The notes below the pieces were generated by a model that saw only the letters and a list, made by a program, of their open reading frames with translations, was not told the DNA's origin and searched no databases. A program made the position numbers and the translations under genes. From Octopus bimaculoides (lineage: Eukaryota), in contig NC_068981.1 of the NCBI RefSeq assembly GCF_001194135.2, positions 92,912,591 through 92,976,590 on the forward strand: 64,000 nt of DNA, given 5' to 3'. Shown in pieces: positions 25,445 through 40,300 of the stretch (its first letter is position 1; each line of letters opens with the position of its first letter).

Positions 25445-25587
25445 TAGGAGGAGGAGGAGGAGGAAGAAGAAGAAGAAGAAGAAGAAGAAGAAGAAGAAGA
25501 AGAAGAAGAAGAAGAAGAAGAAGAAGAAGAAGAAGAAGAAGAAGAAGAAGAAGAAGAAGAAGAAGAAGAAGAAGAAGAAGAAGAAGA
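25445..25587 (+). repeat. (GAG)n(GAA)n microsatellite
   Basis: Seen directly. Confidence 0.97.
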
Positions 25588-26227
25588 ATTGTATCAATGA
25601 ATCAGAAAATAATACAATCGACCTTCAATACGTGTTGTAAATGATAAAACCTTTAAGAAGAGAAACATGCAATTTATATGCAATATTTAATTGCGAATTG
25701 GCTTATTTTAATTTCCTTATAAGTGTGATCAATCTATAGAGGCTCTGTTCGTAAAGTTTGCAGATGTCAGTGGATTATTCAATCATTTCAATGCCTCATA
25801 GAACAATATCTTGCAACGGTTCATCTATATGGTGCTCTATCCTGAATATCAATGGTCATCCTTCAAAGATATTACCATGTTGTAAAATAAGGAGAATTAA
25901 TATTTACAGCTTATTGTTCAAACCACAATATATATGTGAAGCTAATAGGCCTTTCAACTTAAATCGTTCCGTGAAATTTAAGTAGGTGATATATATATGT
26001 ATATGTATATTACTTCAATATATTTTGAAATATATTTCTGTATGCAGCCTTAAAATATTACCCCCAATACAGTCGATGGCAAATGGAATATCCAACCTAC
26101 CGGATGAAATATAAACAGTGTATTTGATTTAGTTCATAAAATACCCTGGAATACATATACCTACATTTATACACACACACACACATACACACACACACAC
26201 ACACGCACACACATATATATATATATA

Positions 26228-26646
26228 GGTGTGGCTGTGTGGTAAGTAGCTTGCTCACCAACCACATGCTTCCGAGTTCAGTCCCACTTCGTGGCACCTT
26301 GGGCAAGTGTTTTCTACTATAGCTTCGGGCCGACCAAAGCCTTGTGAGTGGATTTGGTAGACGGAAACTGAAAAGAAGCTCGTCGTATATATGTATATGT
26401 GTGTGTGTATGTATATGTATGTGTGTGTATATGTCTTGTCTGTGTTTGCCCCCCCCCCACACACACACACACAACATCGCTTAACAACCGATGCTGGTGT
26501 GTTTACGTCCCCGTAACATAGTGGTTCGCCAAAAAGAGACTGACAGAATAAGTAATAGGCTTACAAAGAATAAGTCCTGGGGTCGATTTGTTCGATTAAA
26601 GGCGGTGCTCCAGCATGGCCACAGACAAATAACTGAAACAAGTAAA
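26228..26646 (+). mobile_element. tRNA-derived CORE-like SINE
   Basis: Head GTGGCTGTGTGGTAAG..GAGTTCAGTCCC, CORE-like CCTTGGGCAAGT, internal TG/TA microsatellite and tail ..CAGCATGGCCACAG..AAACAAGTAAA. Confidence 0.85.
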
Positions 26647-26924
26647 ANNNNNNNNNNNNNNNNNNNNNNNNNNNNNNNNNNNNNNNNNNNNNNNNNNNNN
26701 NNNNNNNNNNNNNNNNNNNNNNNNNNNNNNNNNNNNTATATATATACATACACATGGCAGAAGTAAATAGACACGCTTACAATCATTAAAATTTATTTTA
26801 ATCTGAAATTATGCATTCAAATTATTTATTAATTATTATAATGTGAATATCTAATAATTAGTAGACATGCCCTTTGCATTTTTGAATGCAAGGATCCTAT
26901 AAAGTATGCTACTGATCAGATGAC

Positions 26925-27803
26925 AAATATTCTCTGAAAAGACCCGGTTTTAGGGATGTTTTCTTGTTCTTTTTACGAAGTGTCCCGTTCATTATGTTCC
27001 AGAGGTGTTCAATAGGGTTCGTATCTAGTCACTGACTTGTCCATGAAAGTTTCTAATGCGATTCTTTTCCAACAGCCGTGTGACAAGAAGCCCCACCTTC
27101 CATAAATAAATAGTTTTCTTTACTCATTTCCCCATTGGAGAAAAGTGGAAGGAGACCTTTCTGCATTATGGACATATTTACCTGAGTTTAAGGCTTCGTC
27201 ACACTCTACCAGCTATGATTGAACATTGCTCCAAATAACTCCCCAAACAATCACAGAATAGCTGCCTTGTTTGATTGTTGGCAGCAATCTCTTCATGTCA
27301 ATTTCTTGATCAGTGTCTCCAGACCTACACTTCATCATTGTCAAAAAATACAGTAATCTGAACTCAGAGAATATGACCGTGCCGCAAAATGCTAGTGGCC
27401 ACTCCATCATCTCACTGGCTCAATATCCTCTCTGTTTGGTATTCGCTGGTTGAAGAAGTTGCTTTCTTCTTGCTGCTCTGCCATAGTAGCCAAGTTTATG
27501 AAGATACATGGCAGCTGTTCTCTGACTGACATCAACTTGTTCTCCTATGTCAGAGGCCTTGCAATGAGGATTATCTTCCACACGTAACAAAGCAAAGGGT
27601 TATATCAGAGGGCCCTGGCTGACCTGGGCAAGGGGATGTGGACTCCTTCCCCTCTCTGGTGAATTGCACAATCACCCTATTAACTGTAGAAATTGGTCTC
27701 AAAAGGTTTCCTGCGATTTTATGCTAAGTTCATTTTCAGATTTACCCACAACACGGCCTTTCTGAAATTTGGACAGTTCCGAGGCTTCTTTTGTACGTGG
27801 TAT
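26925..27803 (-). mobile_element. Decayed Tc1 transposase
   Basis: N-terminus (M)PRTKEASELSKFQKGRVVG, then VIFSE, PTIKQGSYSVIVWG, MEGGASCH (DNAPCH-like) and DTNPIEHLWN, interrupted by stops and frameshifts. Confidence 0.82.
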
Positions 27804-28503
27804 GATTAAACAGTAAAATATAGAACCTGAAACGATACCTGACTCAGTACATTTTATACGCTCAAAGTGCAAAGAATTCGGAATATTGCTTCCTTACTAT
27901 ACTATTAGGTTTTCATTTATACACTCATTTTCCAATAATATATATTTCTATTACATAAACAACTATTAAATTTGCTATCATTTTCTTCTACTTGTCGTTT
28001 TAGAAAGGAAGTAAGTAATTACCGTTGCTATAACTTCAAATAAATAAAATAAATGAATTTGAAAACTAAAATTATTTATTTTTCGAGATTTAATGACGTT
28101 ATTATTTAAGTTCCAATGGGATTCATTTTTTCTGATGCAAAATATTTAATAGACATTTTAGATATCTTCGATTTTAGTTTATTTTTGTTATTACTCATTA
28201 AATCAGGTCTTTCTTCATGAATATCAATATTTCGGAACCACAGTTGTCTTACAACGTTGTTTCTATTGCTTTCATTTCTATTTGCCTAAGAAGTGTTATG
28301 AGAATGTGATTGAAATATGTGATGACATGATTCTCATTTAAAAACACGTTAACTTATGAATAGCAACTCTTTCATTGAACTGGCTTGTATCGCAAATAGA
28401 ACAAAGAAAATATAAGAAAATAAATAGAGTGAATTTATTAAGCATCAATTAAGAGTGGAACGATTTTTAACACTATAACCACTGTATCTAATCTTCTTGT
28501 ATT

Positions 28504-28578
28504 GCAGGCTAGCAGAATCGTTAGTACGCCGGGCGAAATGCATGGCGGTATTTCGTCCGTCTTTACGCTCCAAATTTC
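28504..28578 (+). mobile_element. 5' fragment of an abundant SINE family (GGCGG..GCAGAATCGTTAG head)
   Basis: Matches the heads of the copies at 46955-47128, 47327-47410, 56018-56190 and 61940-62095. Confidence 0.65.
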
Positions 28579-28827
28579 AGGTTTTATGCCTGTAGTAGAA
28601 AGGCTTATTTCTTGTTCCAGGAACATTTTAAAATATAAAACTCGTTTAAATCCTTTCTGATCTCTATTTTAAATATATATTTCGTTTTAAAATGTGTACG
28701 TTTTATATATGTAATATCATCAGCCGTTGGGAAACATATAGCCTACATAGGGGAAAAAGTAACTAGACAAAAGTGGATGATTATAATATACGATTGTTTT
28801 CAAAGTTATCTTACCAACTCCTCTCAG

Positions 28828-28941
28828 CTGAGAGTAGCGAGACGCCAAGTCTACTACGACAAATATCGCAAGACTGAAGTTAACATCAACAACACAAGAA
28901 GAATTAGAGTCGGTCAACAACTGAATGAAAGAAGTAAAATG
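28828..28941 (+). CDS. Candidate exon (LRVARRQVYYDKYRKTEVNINNTRRIRVGQQLNERSKM)
   Basis: ctcctctcag| acceptor and ATG|gtaaca donor around a 114-nt open frame. No homology recognised. Confidence 0.2.
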
Positions 28942-29151
28942 GTAACAGCTACTGATGAATAAACCAGCACGTAATTGCCTACACAGTCTAAAAAAGAAGA
29001 AACTGTAAATATTTAATAGTTACACAGGGGAGAAAAGATAATGATTCAATGTATACTTTATGTGGTTTCAGGATGTTTTCCTCTGTAAAGTCTGTCGTCT
29101 TCATAAATGGTTTACTATGAAAAGGTAAAGCATATATATATATATATATAT

Positions 29152-29194
<43 letters not shown>

Positions 29195-29395
29195 NNNNNN
29201 NNNNNNNNNNNNNNNNNNNNNNNNNNNNNNNNNNNNNNNNNNNNNNNNNNNNNNNNNNNNNNNNNNNNNNNNNNNNNNNNNNNNNNNNNNNNNNNNNNNN
29301 NNNNNNNNNNNNNNNNNNNNNNNNNNNNNNNNNNNNNNNNNNNNNNNNNNNNNNNNNNNNNNNNNNNNNNNNNNNNNNNNNNNNNNNNNNNNNNN

Positions 29396-29438
<43 letters not shown>

Positions 29439-32400
29439 TACATATACATATATATATATACATACACACATACATATATAAATGTATATTTATATAGTAT
29501 ATATAAATATGCAAACGCACTCACACGCACGTATATGTATGTATATATTCATACATACATTCATGCATAGATACATACACACACATGTATACATACATAC
29601 ATACATACATACAAACTTACATATATTTATATGTACATAAGCGAAAAACCAAACTGACACACATGCTTATGCATGAATCTATGTATTCATAAGCACAACA
29701 GAATACTTAGAAATATGTATACGTGCTGACTAATTTTAAAATATACGCACCCACAGACATTTCTACTGTATATACGAGTGAGTGCGTGTATGTGCTAGCA
29801 CGCACGAGTGTGTGTAGACATGTACTGGTTGAGTGTATACAATTATGTAGAAAGATAAGGGAAGTTGAAAATAGCTGTCTGGGTGAGAAAGACATCCAGA
29901 CACATACGTGTTCCACTTATTCCGTCTATTAAATAAGAATTTCACTATCAGAGTTAAATTTTAACCATTCAGTTGAATTAGAAAAGTTCAGAGGAAATGT
30001 TTTTCTTTCTCTTTCTCTTTGACACCCTGTATCAAAACAGCAGGTGTACGTTAGACACACAGATATACGTAACTATCACAAAGATAAAAAGATGTGTATG
30101 AATGATTCTGAAGGTATATCATGGTTGGCGTTTTTCTACCCTCTTTCCGTTCCGCGTGAGCGCTAGCGTGCGTGCGTGTGTGTATGCGTGTGCGAGTGTA
30201 TATATATATATGTGTGTGTGTGTGTTTATGTGTGTACGTATAAGTGTGAAATTTTGTGAATGTGTCTGTCTTTCGATTACACTTAACAGAGACATGAAGT
30301 GACAATACATTTTTGTAATAAATAGACAATCCGTTCTGAGGCATAATAGAAATTATTACCCTGGATATAATGGAAATCTAAAGCCAATAGCACCATTGTA
30401 AATTCTGAATTGCATATATCTTGTTGAATGACCCAGTGAAAATTTAATATTAAGTTATTAGTATCTTGTTTTTCAGGTGAAAGGAGGTTTCTAGTTGCGT
30501 GAAATACCCCTCGTTTGTCAATATTACTCGATATTACTATAAAATCGTTGTTGACCTGTGTAATATTCAATCGATATTGCGTCATCATCTTATCGTGTTT
30601 TTTTTTTTTTTGGCGCAACCAGTAACTATTATACTCAAAGTAAATCTATCAAAAAGATTTTTCTATCTAATCTATCAATTATAGCTCTTCTTGTCTTCTT
30701 CGCAGAGCGGTATGATAAAACTGTATAGCTACAAATACAATCCACCAGTACGTACGTTCGTACACCCAGTTATCGTTTCAGCGCGATGTTTGAGAGAGGG
30801 GAAATAATTATAATGTTAGCATCAATGGTAAATAATTTGAAATAGGATTCGACAGTATTTCATTTTGAGCATCTAGTATTTTTTACATATTTTACATCAA
30901 GGAATATATGAACCGTTTGAATTGAGTATAAATCTACTGTTATTTCGTAAAATCTGAAACATCGTGTAGACTCTTATCGCTATCCCGTCCCAGTGTTATT
31001 GTACTGGTCCAGTTGCTGAAGAACCATTTGATTTTGTGTCCGTGTATCGATAATAGATGCGATGTGTATTATTCCAGAAAAAAATCGCCACCTTCTATCT
31101 TACGGAATCATTTACACGATATTTAAATACTTTGATCATGGACAACTTTATTAATGCATGAAACATTAAATTATCTTAATACTGCATTCTTTTGTTTAGT
31201 AATTCTGGCGTTTCATCAAGTTCGAAAGAATCTAACCGGAACTTTGATCGATGTAAAATTTCAAGATACTAAACGTTGTATTCCTTGCATATTCTGCTTG
31301 AGTTGAAAAGTGAATGGTAATATAGTTTACATATGTCCACTGATTGATGACATCAGCGGGAACTGGTGCTCATTTTGAATGCTTCTATGTTGATACAAGA
31401 AGAAAAAATGCTTTCATAGGAAAGATATTTAGGTGGAATAATTCTATTGAATAGAGGTTGGAAAGCCGTTCAAATTAGTTTCTGGTGACAAATGCAAGGT
31501 ATAATTTGTGGCATGATTCATTGATAGAAGGGGAGAGATTGTGAGAGAGAAAATGCCAGTACATGAGATCGTAGTATTTTTATGGGAGACTCTTGGAGAA
31601 ACTGCTCGATTGCCACTTTGAACATGTTGCTTGGAATGGGGTATGCAAGACTTGTGGAATGTTTATACCGAAGATATATGAAATGGTTATATATAGTATT
31701 TTTTCTTACATCTAGGATGCACAATTAACTTATTCGGGTGCGGTAGTAATAAAAGCTTCTACGAAAATTACTGAACTAGTTGAAAACTATTGCTTTTCAT
31801 TCGTTGTGCATGAGTAACGAATGTTTAGCTTTACACGACTTTTCTTTAACATAAAGAAAGAGAAAGAATGAGTGTATAAGAGATAGAGAACGAGAAAGAC
31901 AGAGAAACAGAGAGAACTAGAAGAGGAGAAAGAGTTCATTGGTGTAGGGTAGTAGCCAAGATCTGTTTCCAGAAAAATTGTTTCGGTAGTCATTAATCGA
32001 TAAGTTTCTATGTGTATAATTTCTTGTAAATGAAACGGTCTGTTGATTGTTACCGTAAGTTAGAGCAAATACTGGCAGATATATTGAAATACGAATCTCT
32101 ATATATACACATTTAAAGTAATATTTAAAATTAAATTCCCAACGAAGTATTTCAACAAGCGTGAAACATTTTTATATTAGTCAAGTTTTTTTTTTTTTTA
32201 AGTACAAAATGGAAACTGCATATTCAGCGGTCTCATCAACTTTCCAATATTTCTTATATAAATTCCTACATGGATCAATGTATTAATGCACCTCACTTGT
32301 TCACTTTAAAATTTATCTATGGATTATATATTCTACAGTAATAACACCATCTTGTTTCGACGTTAATGTTGCTTCTGAGCTCGATCTCGCAAACCCGCAA

Positions 32401-32869
32401 TCGAAAAGTGTATTCTAACACAACCTCTGTTTCCCCACAAATACTGAGATCATTATAGTTGATAGTGATTCTCTAATATGAACTTAATGTTTGATACTTA
32501 TCAAATGAAAACAAATGTTAGAGAATTCCATGTTAAATCCGGTGAGTTGGGTACGCTGGATCTAGAATAGTTATAACATATGTGAAGATAACATGAAATA
32601 TCAGAAGAGATGATACAAAGTATATACAAAGTGAATTTAAGGGGGAAAAAGAGTTGATGAAGAGTATGATAGCATGTAGTGTATTGTTTGAAAAGAATAT
32701 GGAAACGTCCGTTTAGCTCTGAAATATTTCCGAAAGAATAATTAAAATGAATGTACGTTTTTTGTTGCATTGTTAACATTGAGGTTAGCAAGGTTTCCAT
32801 AGATTTTAAAAATCTTCTTTTCAAGGTATGTATGTGTGTGTGCGCGCGCGATGTGTGTGTGTAGGTATT

Positions 32870-32888
32870 TATATAGATAGATAGATAA

Positions 32889-32970
<82 letters not shown>
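32870..32970 (+). repeat. (GATA)n microsatellite; further (GATA)n tracts at ~19777-19830, ~29396-29438 and ~35724-35853
   Basis: Seen directly. Confidence 0.95.
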
Positions 32971-32972
<2 letters not shown>

Positions 32973-33012
32973 AGATATATGTATGTGTATTATCAATGTG
33001 TATATATATATT

Positions 33013-33043
<31 letters not shown>

Positions 33044-35402
33044 ACATGTGTGTGTATTATAAATGTACATATATACGTACATACATACTTTACATAAAAA
33101 TGAATGACAATTATTGCTTATAAGAAATAATTGGACTAATTCTAGTAAGGAAGTTGTCTTGATTCCTGGAACAGTTTTTATGTAGTAGGAACCATTTTGT
33201 TTGATTTAGAAGATAGATACATACTAGATCTATCGAAGAAAACATTTCGTTAGAGTAAGTGTTAATTATCATCTTAGGTTGGCAACGATTTATACTAGCC
33301 TCAGTTTATAAACCAGCTGTTAAATATAATCAGAAACAAAGTCCAACTTTGTATTATAAAACTCAAAGAGGCATATTTTTCTTAAACGTGTGAAAGCAGA
33401 TTTTTTACAATTACAAGATAGGTATTGATGTTCTAGGCTTGTTTAGTAGCTCTTCTGATTAGCATTCCATTCGGATTTCGGTATCGATTACTGTTGATGA
33501 ATCGTTGCTAAATTTCAATTAACTTTGACTTCATTTGAAATATTACAAACAAAGTTTACACGAACAAAAGCTTGTTTAAACTGCAGTATAAAACCATGTA
33601 AAAGGCTTCAACATACAACACTATGCAGATCAGTACGCCCTCTCATTGTATTTCCGGATAATTATGAATTTCGATATTGATTTTCGTTTAGTATGAAACC
33701 CAAGCTTTTAACAGATTAAACACTTTTGTCTATGAATAAAACTAAGTGCATTTATCTTTATTAACATGAACCCTTTTACCCAGGCATTTCAAATTATTTA
33801 ACATGCATATTAACCGTCGAGTAATTATTTCAACCCACGCAAACATCGGCATTTGATGAACTTCCTACGTAGAAGCACCACTTGGATGCATTTCTAATTA
33901 TATCGAATACTCAAAACTGGTTGGGAATATGACCAGGTCCAAAAGTCTTCTATATGTTTATACTAGGCTGATCATATGTCAGTGAAATCACATTCATAAA
34001 TATATACATAGTTTATTGATATCCCAGAGTTCATGAATGAATTATCAACATACTCAATTCTCATCCGCAATTGCGTTTATATATATCATGTATGTATATA
34101 TATACATACACATACACACACACAGACACTCACGCACACACACACACTCATATATATATATATATATANNNNNNNNNNNNNNNNNNNNNNNNNNNNNNNN
34201 NNNNNNNNNNNNNNNNNNNNNNNNNNNNNNNNNNNNNNNNNNNNNNNNNNNNNNNNNNNNNNNNNNNNNNNNNNNNNNNNNNNNNNNNNNNNNNNNNNNN
34301 NNNNNNNNNNNNNNNNNNNNNNNNNNNNNNNNNNNNNNNNNNNNNNNNNNNNNNNNNNNNNNNNNNNNNNNNNNNNNNNNNNNNNNNNNNNNNNNNNNNN
34401 NNNNNNNNNNNNNNNNNNNNNNNNNNNNNNNNNNNNNNNNNNNNNNNNNNNNNNNNNNNNNNNNNNNNNNNNNNNNNNNNNNNNNNNNNNNNNNNNNNNN
34501 NNNNNNNNNNNNNNNNNNNNNNNNNNNNNNNNNNNNNNNNNNNNNNNNNNNNNNNNNNNNNNNNNNNNNNNNNNNNNNNNNNNNNNNNNNNNNNNNNNNN
34601 NNNNNNNNNNNNNNNNNNNNNNNNNNNNNNNNNNNNNNNNNNNNNNNNNNNNNNNNNNNNNNNNNNNNNNNNNNNNNNNNNNNNNNNNNNNNNNNNNNNN
34701 NNNNNNNNNNNNNNNNNNNNNNNNNNNNNNNNNNNNNNNNNNNNNNNNNNNNNNNNNNNNNNNNNNNNNNNNNNNNNNNNNNNNNNNNNNNNNNNNNNNN
34801 NNNNNNNNNNNNNNNNNNNNNNNNNNNNNNNNNNNNNNNNNNNNNNNNNNNNNNNNNNNNNNNNNNNNNNNNNNNNNNNNNNNNNNNNNNNNNNNNNNNN
34901 NNNNNNNNNNNNNNNNNNNNNNNNNNNNNNNNNNNNNNNNNNNNNNNNNNNNNNNNNNNNNNNNNNNNNNNNNNNNNNNNNNNNNNNNNNNNNNNNNNNN
35001 NNNNNNNNNNNNNNNNNNNNNNNNNNNNNNNNNNNNNNNNNNNNNNNNNNNNATATATATATATATATATATGATACAAATGATATATGAGCATATGCAT
35101 GTATACATACATATATGTACATTCCTACATCTACATGTATATATAGATGCATATCCGGGTACAGAACGTCAGAAAAATGAACGGGAACATAAAGCACAAA
35201 AACGGACTTTGTTTACAGACAACAGAACGAACACATAGGAAAACAGAGGAGCCACTTATGGAATTTTTCCTTCATCAGCTGCCTGTATTCTAAACTAGGC
35301 GTTTCGAGGATGAGGACGAACGCGCTCTCAGAATAGCTCTTCCTGAGTAGTGGATTAACCCACTAAACAGAAGATTCCAATGTAGCAAACACAAACCCAG
35401 AC

Positions 35403-35722
35403 AGGAAAAATTAGACAGTGAAAACAACATTAAAGGCCGCAGGGTCAAACGCGATGAGTTATTGAACGCTGTGATATGACGAAGCTGAACGGAGAGATAG
35501 TAGTTTCGTCTTGCCTTTCTGCTAGCTGGGGTGAGAAAGGAAGAAGTCTCCACGGGTCACATGTGATCAACGAAGAGTGGTACAGGGAGGAAAAGGGAAG
35601 AAGTGGAACAAAGGTGAGCGACGAGGAAGAGGGAGGATGGGTAAGAGAGAGATATGTATAGCAGTGAAGGGAAGAAGCAAGGACAACAGAAGGAAGCAGA
35701 ACGGGAGAGGGAGGTAGGTAAG

Positions 35723-35785
<63 letters not shown>

Positions 35786-35794
35786 GTAGATAGG

Positions 35795-35855
<61 letters not shown>

Positions 35856-35927
35856 CACAGCGTTCAATAACTCATCGCGTTTGGCCCTACGGCCTTTTAA
35901 TGTTGTTTTCACTGTCTAATTTTTCCT
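35403..35927. repeat. Inverted repeat (~74 bp arms at 35403-35475 and 35854-35927) enclosing a purine-rich segment and (GATA)n
   Basis: The arms are reverse complements with about 3 differences. Confidence 0.85.
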
Positions 35928-35977
35928 CTCTGAATCTATTTTGAGGGTAATGTAAAATATTATTATTATTATTATCA

Positions 35978-36055
<78 letters not shown>

Positions 36056-36380
36056 NNNNNNNNNNNNNNNNNNNNNNNNNNNNNNNNNNNNNNNNNNNNN
36101 NNNNNNNNNNNNNNNNNNNNNNNNNNNNNNNNNNNNNNNNNNNNNNNNNNNNNNNNNNNNNNNNNNNNNNNNNNNNNNNNNNNNNNNNNNNNNNNNNNNN
36201 NNNNNNNNNNNNNNNNNNNNNNNNNNNNNNNNNNNNNNNNNNNNNNNNNNNNNNNNNNNNNNNNNNNNNNNNNNNNNNNNNNNNNNNNNNNNNNNNNNNN
36301 NNNNNNNNNNNNNNNNNNNNNNNNNNNNNNNNNNNNNNNNNNNNNNNNNNNNNNNNNNNNNNNNNNNNNNNNNNNNNNNN

Positions 36381-36414
<34 letters not shown>

Positions 36415-36416
36415 GC

Positions 36417-37325
36417 GTATAAAGATTTATACATTATACACAGTGTGAAGACCCTTCACACGAACTTTTACATGCTGAAAAGGACAGTTAAACGCAAACG
36501 GCGAAATAAATAATTCTTAAACCACTCTGTTAATGGCACTCGTCTGAACAAAATAATAAAATAGTTAATCCCATACTCGAGTTCCGAACTTAATGGTCAA
36601 ATAAATCAAGTTAGCTTTCGTAGCTCATAAGTAGGATCGTATAGAATGCATAATCATGTAGCTTTAATGCGTACCGAAAACTCGAGCGCAAGACAGCTCC
36701 ATCTTTATAGACAACGGATTCAAATTTAGTGCGTAGCGTAGTCAGATAGTCCAGCAGTAAGTACATTTAAACTGTGTACTATATGGCCTCGGAGTTGGAA
36801 ATTTTACTGTGTAAATTATTAGGGTAAATGAATTAAAATGATTTATTACCAGTGGTTCGCATGCTTAATAAAAGTCATAAGACATAACATAATATGTAGG
36901 AGTGTATAAAGATTTATATAGGAGAGAAGAACCCTACATGCTAAAAAAGGGCAGTTAAACCCAAATGACGAAATAAATAATTCTTAAGGTACGCTGTAAT
37001 TGGCTCTATAGTGAAGAAAATAAAAATGATTTTACCCTCATAATTTACACACTAAAATTTTCAAATTCTGAGGCCATATAGTACACAGTTTAAATTTATT
37101 TACTGCTGGACTGACTAGCTGACAACGCTAGCGCACTAAATTTGAATCCATAAGGTATAAAGATAGAGCTGTCTTGCGTATGTGTTTTCGGTACGTATTA
37201 AAGCTACATTATTATGCATTCTTTTGCGATTCCACTGATGAACTAACTACAGATGCCTAATTAATCCATTTGGCCATTAATAGCGAAGCTCGAGTATGGA
37301 ATTTCGCTATTTTTTTATTTTGTTC
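36417..37325. repeat. Compound repeat A-B-spacer-A'-inverted B
   Basis: A at 36417-36545 and A' at 36904-37015 are direct. B at 36546-36828 and B' at 37031-37325 are inverted and diverged. Confidence 0.8.
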
Positions 37326-40300
37326 GCACACACACACACGTCCATTTCATACACACGTTCATACATCTTTCACTTTCTCCTCTCTTTCACTTTAAAACAA
37401 AAGTAAATAAATGAAAACTATTTTACGGAAAATAACGAACAAAACTAGCTGATCCGGTTGACAGTTCTGATAGTGAAAGCGACGGTTCTAAGAGTCACAG
37501 AGAAAGATCACCCCAAGAGAATACCATTACAAATATTTTTTCGAGTGCATTCAACTTATCTTAGCTCCAAAGATATGGATGCTATTTCTAGAACAGCCTG
37601 CTACCACGTTACAGCTATTTGCGATAAAGGACCCGAAATACCTGTTACGTGGTAGCGAAGCGTGCAAGAAATAGCTGCCAAATCTTACCCTTTCCGGGGA
37701 AAGGAGACGTGTACGCGTGATTTCGATGTCCATTCTTTGAAAACATGCTCAATAACTTGGATAAGAAAAACAATCCAACTGAATAAAACTCCGTTGCTGG
37801 TAAACTCAGACTTTCCAGTTGACCCAATGAGTCACGGGTAGTCAAGTTTAATTATAAAGATTTTGTGATAATATCACCTGACAGCAATGGCCAGCTAGTC
37901 ATTCGCAATTTTGATAAATTATATCATTGTGTCAAATTTTACCTTTAAAGGTAATGGCTTAAGTTATAAAATCATGCACTAGTGTATTTATTCACTCTTT
38001 AGAGGTTCATAAAATTTCGAAAGATAAAATCTTATCGTTGTTGTTTTTGCCAACGTACAACACCTACTTTACATGGCATGTGTTCATAACGCACGTGGTT
38101 CACCGGTGTGAGTGGACTTTGAGATGTCATAGCGTTTCGACTCTATTGTTTGTCTCCTTAGTCAAAACTCTCCATCGAGCCGATGCTCTTCTTTATAGAA
38201 ATCATCAAGTAAATTATTTGTCGGTGCATGGTGTGGTTTTTGAAACTGATAAATCATGTATCTTATGAACAACATTCGAATTTGATAGAACATATTAACG
38301 ATGAACAGATCTGTTATTGTCTGGGTTATCACTGTTCTGCGTACACCCCATGAATTGATATGCTCACACCATTGGTTGGTTTCGCATAAAGGCAGCGACA
38401 TGAACTATATGTATATGATTTTACCTATATCCCCCTAATATTACATCAATCTTTGAGAATTGCCGAAATTCAACTTCACATATTTGCTAAAAATTCTTCC
38501 TGCCTTACTTGTACTTTATTTAATAATAGAACTCTGAAAACTATAGACTTCAGTGACACATTCGATTTTTTTTTAATCATAGACATAGGGTGGGAAGCGT
38601 ATAAGAAATGCATTGCTTGATAGTCACTGGAGAGTTTGAATTTATTATTAAGAATCAATATTACCTCTTACCACAATTTAGCGACTATTGCAAAGCTTTC
38701 TAACTCAACAGGAGAGACATGGTTCTACCATTGAATTTATGGGAAGATAATCAAATTGTCTGAATATCTTGATGATACATATGTGGCTCTTTTAAAGGTG
38801 AGTAATGAACTGGGATTTGGAACGGATAACAAAGTTTCTGTAGTTTTTATTCATTGTTTCAAGATATTAAGCTGCCCTAGTAAACATTAATATTATTAAA
38901 CCTCAAACGCGGCTGCTGCAATTTCAGCAACGGCTGTTATTCATATTAAAATCGATAAATACGCATGTAATCCAACATAGCAATGAAGCATTTTAAGATT
39001 TCAGACCAGAACATCATAGTCAAATTTATTTTCTATAAGTTGCTGGCAGCATTTTACGTTGTTTTAAATTTAAACGAGGAAATGACCAACTCAATTCAAC
39101 CGCACTGGATTTACATCTATTAGAATTCAATGAGATCTCTAAGTCATGGGCACGATTGAATAAAGCATTTTCTTCCGTGGATCCTTTTATTTTCTCTGTA
39201 TATCACCACGTGTTCAAAGGAATGTGTTATTCCTTTTAAATCATTACTTCTGTAAACTATCTACTTAAATTCAATTTCACGTTTAAAACCACACGTCAAC
39301 CACAAATTATGACAATTTATCATTCGCTCCAAAAGTTACAAATTACTGTTCCAAGGGAGCAAGGATACCTGATAACATGCCGAATGAAGATAAACAGCCC
39401 ATAAATAACATTTGTTGACTACCATAATATTTGAGTTCTTTGGCAACTTTGTAGGAGTTATCAATCCTTCAGCAAGTAGTTTATGAATCCCAATAATTAT
39501 AAATTTGTGCCATTTAAATGTTTGATTCTGTGTGGAGCAAGATGTGGATATTGTTCAGAAAAATTCCTACTGCGTCAGTTTAATTACTGATATTTAGAAG
39601 ATTTTTGCTAAATATGCTAATTAGATCTCTTGTCATCAAATGCAATAGGGTAAATCAAGGTTGAAAATTCATGTTTCAATTCAATTTAAAGTTATTAAAA
39701 ATGTGATAATGCGAAGATTCTCATGATGTAACGATTGTTGAATCATATAGCCTTGGGCTGCAAACACTTCAGATGCTAGTCAGGAATTCTTTACTTGAAT
39801 GTTTAAAATTATTCTCCCACAAATTTGAAGCTGGTTTCTTTGTATAGTTTACTCCTTTTGCGATGGTTTATATTCTGATGTAAAACCAAACTCTCTAGCT
39901 ATTTCACAATATCTTCACTAATCGTTGGACTGTGCCTATTTACATCACAGAAATACATATTAAGTATTTGCTGGGATGATAAAACTGGTGCTTTTGATTT
40001 CGGCTTATCGTTGAAAATAACGAATCTTTTATCTAAAATAAAATACACAAGTAGAGAGTCTACAGTGACACAAGTGAAGTGACACCGCATTACTCTATAT
40101 CTTTGCAATACATTAGCCATATGTCTTCCTACGCTTCCTTATGTTATTTAAGTTTTGCTGTACCAAGTTAGCTTGCTTGAGACACATAAACTGGCAGCAC
40201 AATTCTCCTTTCCAGTAATGATTAGTCGTTGATGTTTCTGCTAAAGTTTCTAAAGTCTTTTGACAACTTTATATTTAGTCCTACTGGATGCCTCACTCAC

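Noticed and set aside
37440-38401. Short ORFs and splice-like sites on both strands
   Set aside because: No recognisable homology and no consistent frame or strand.
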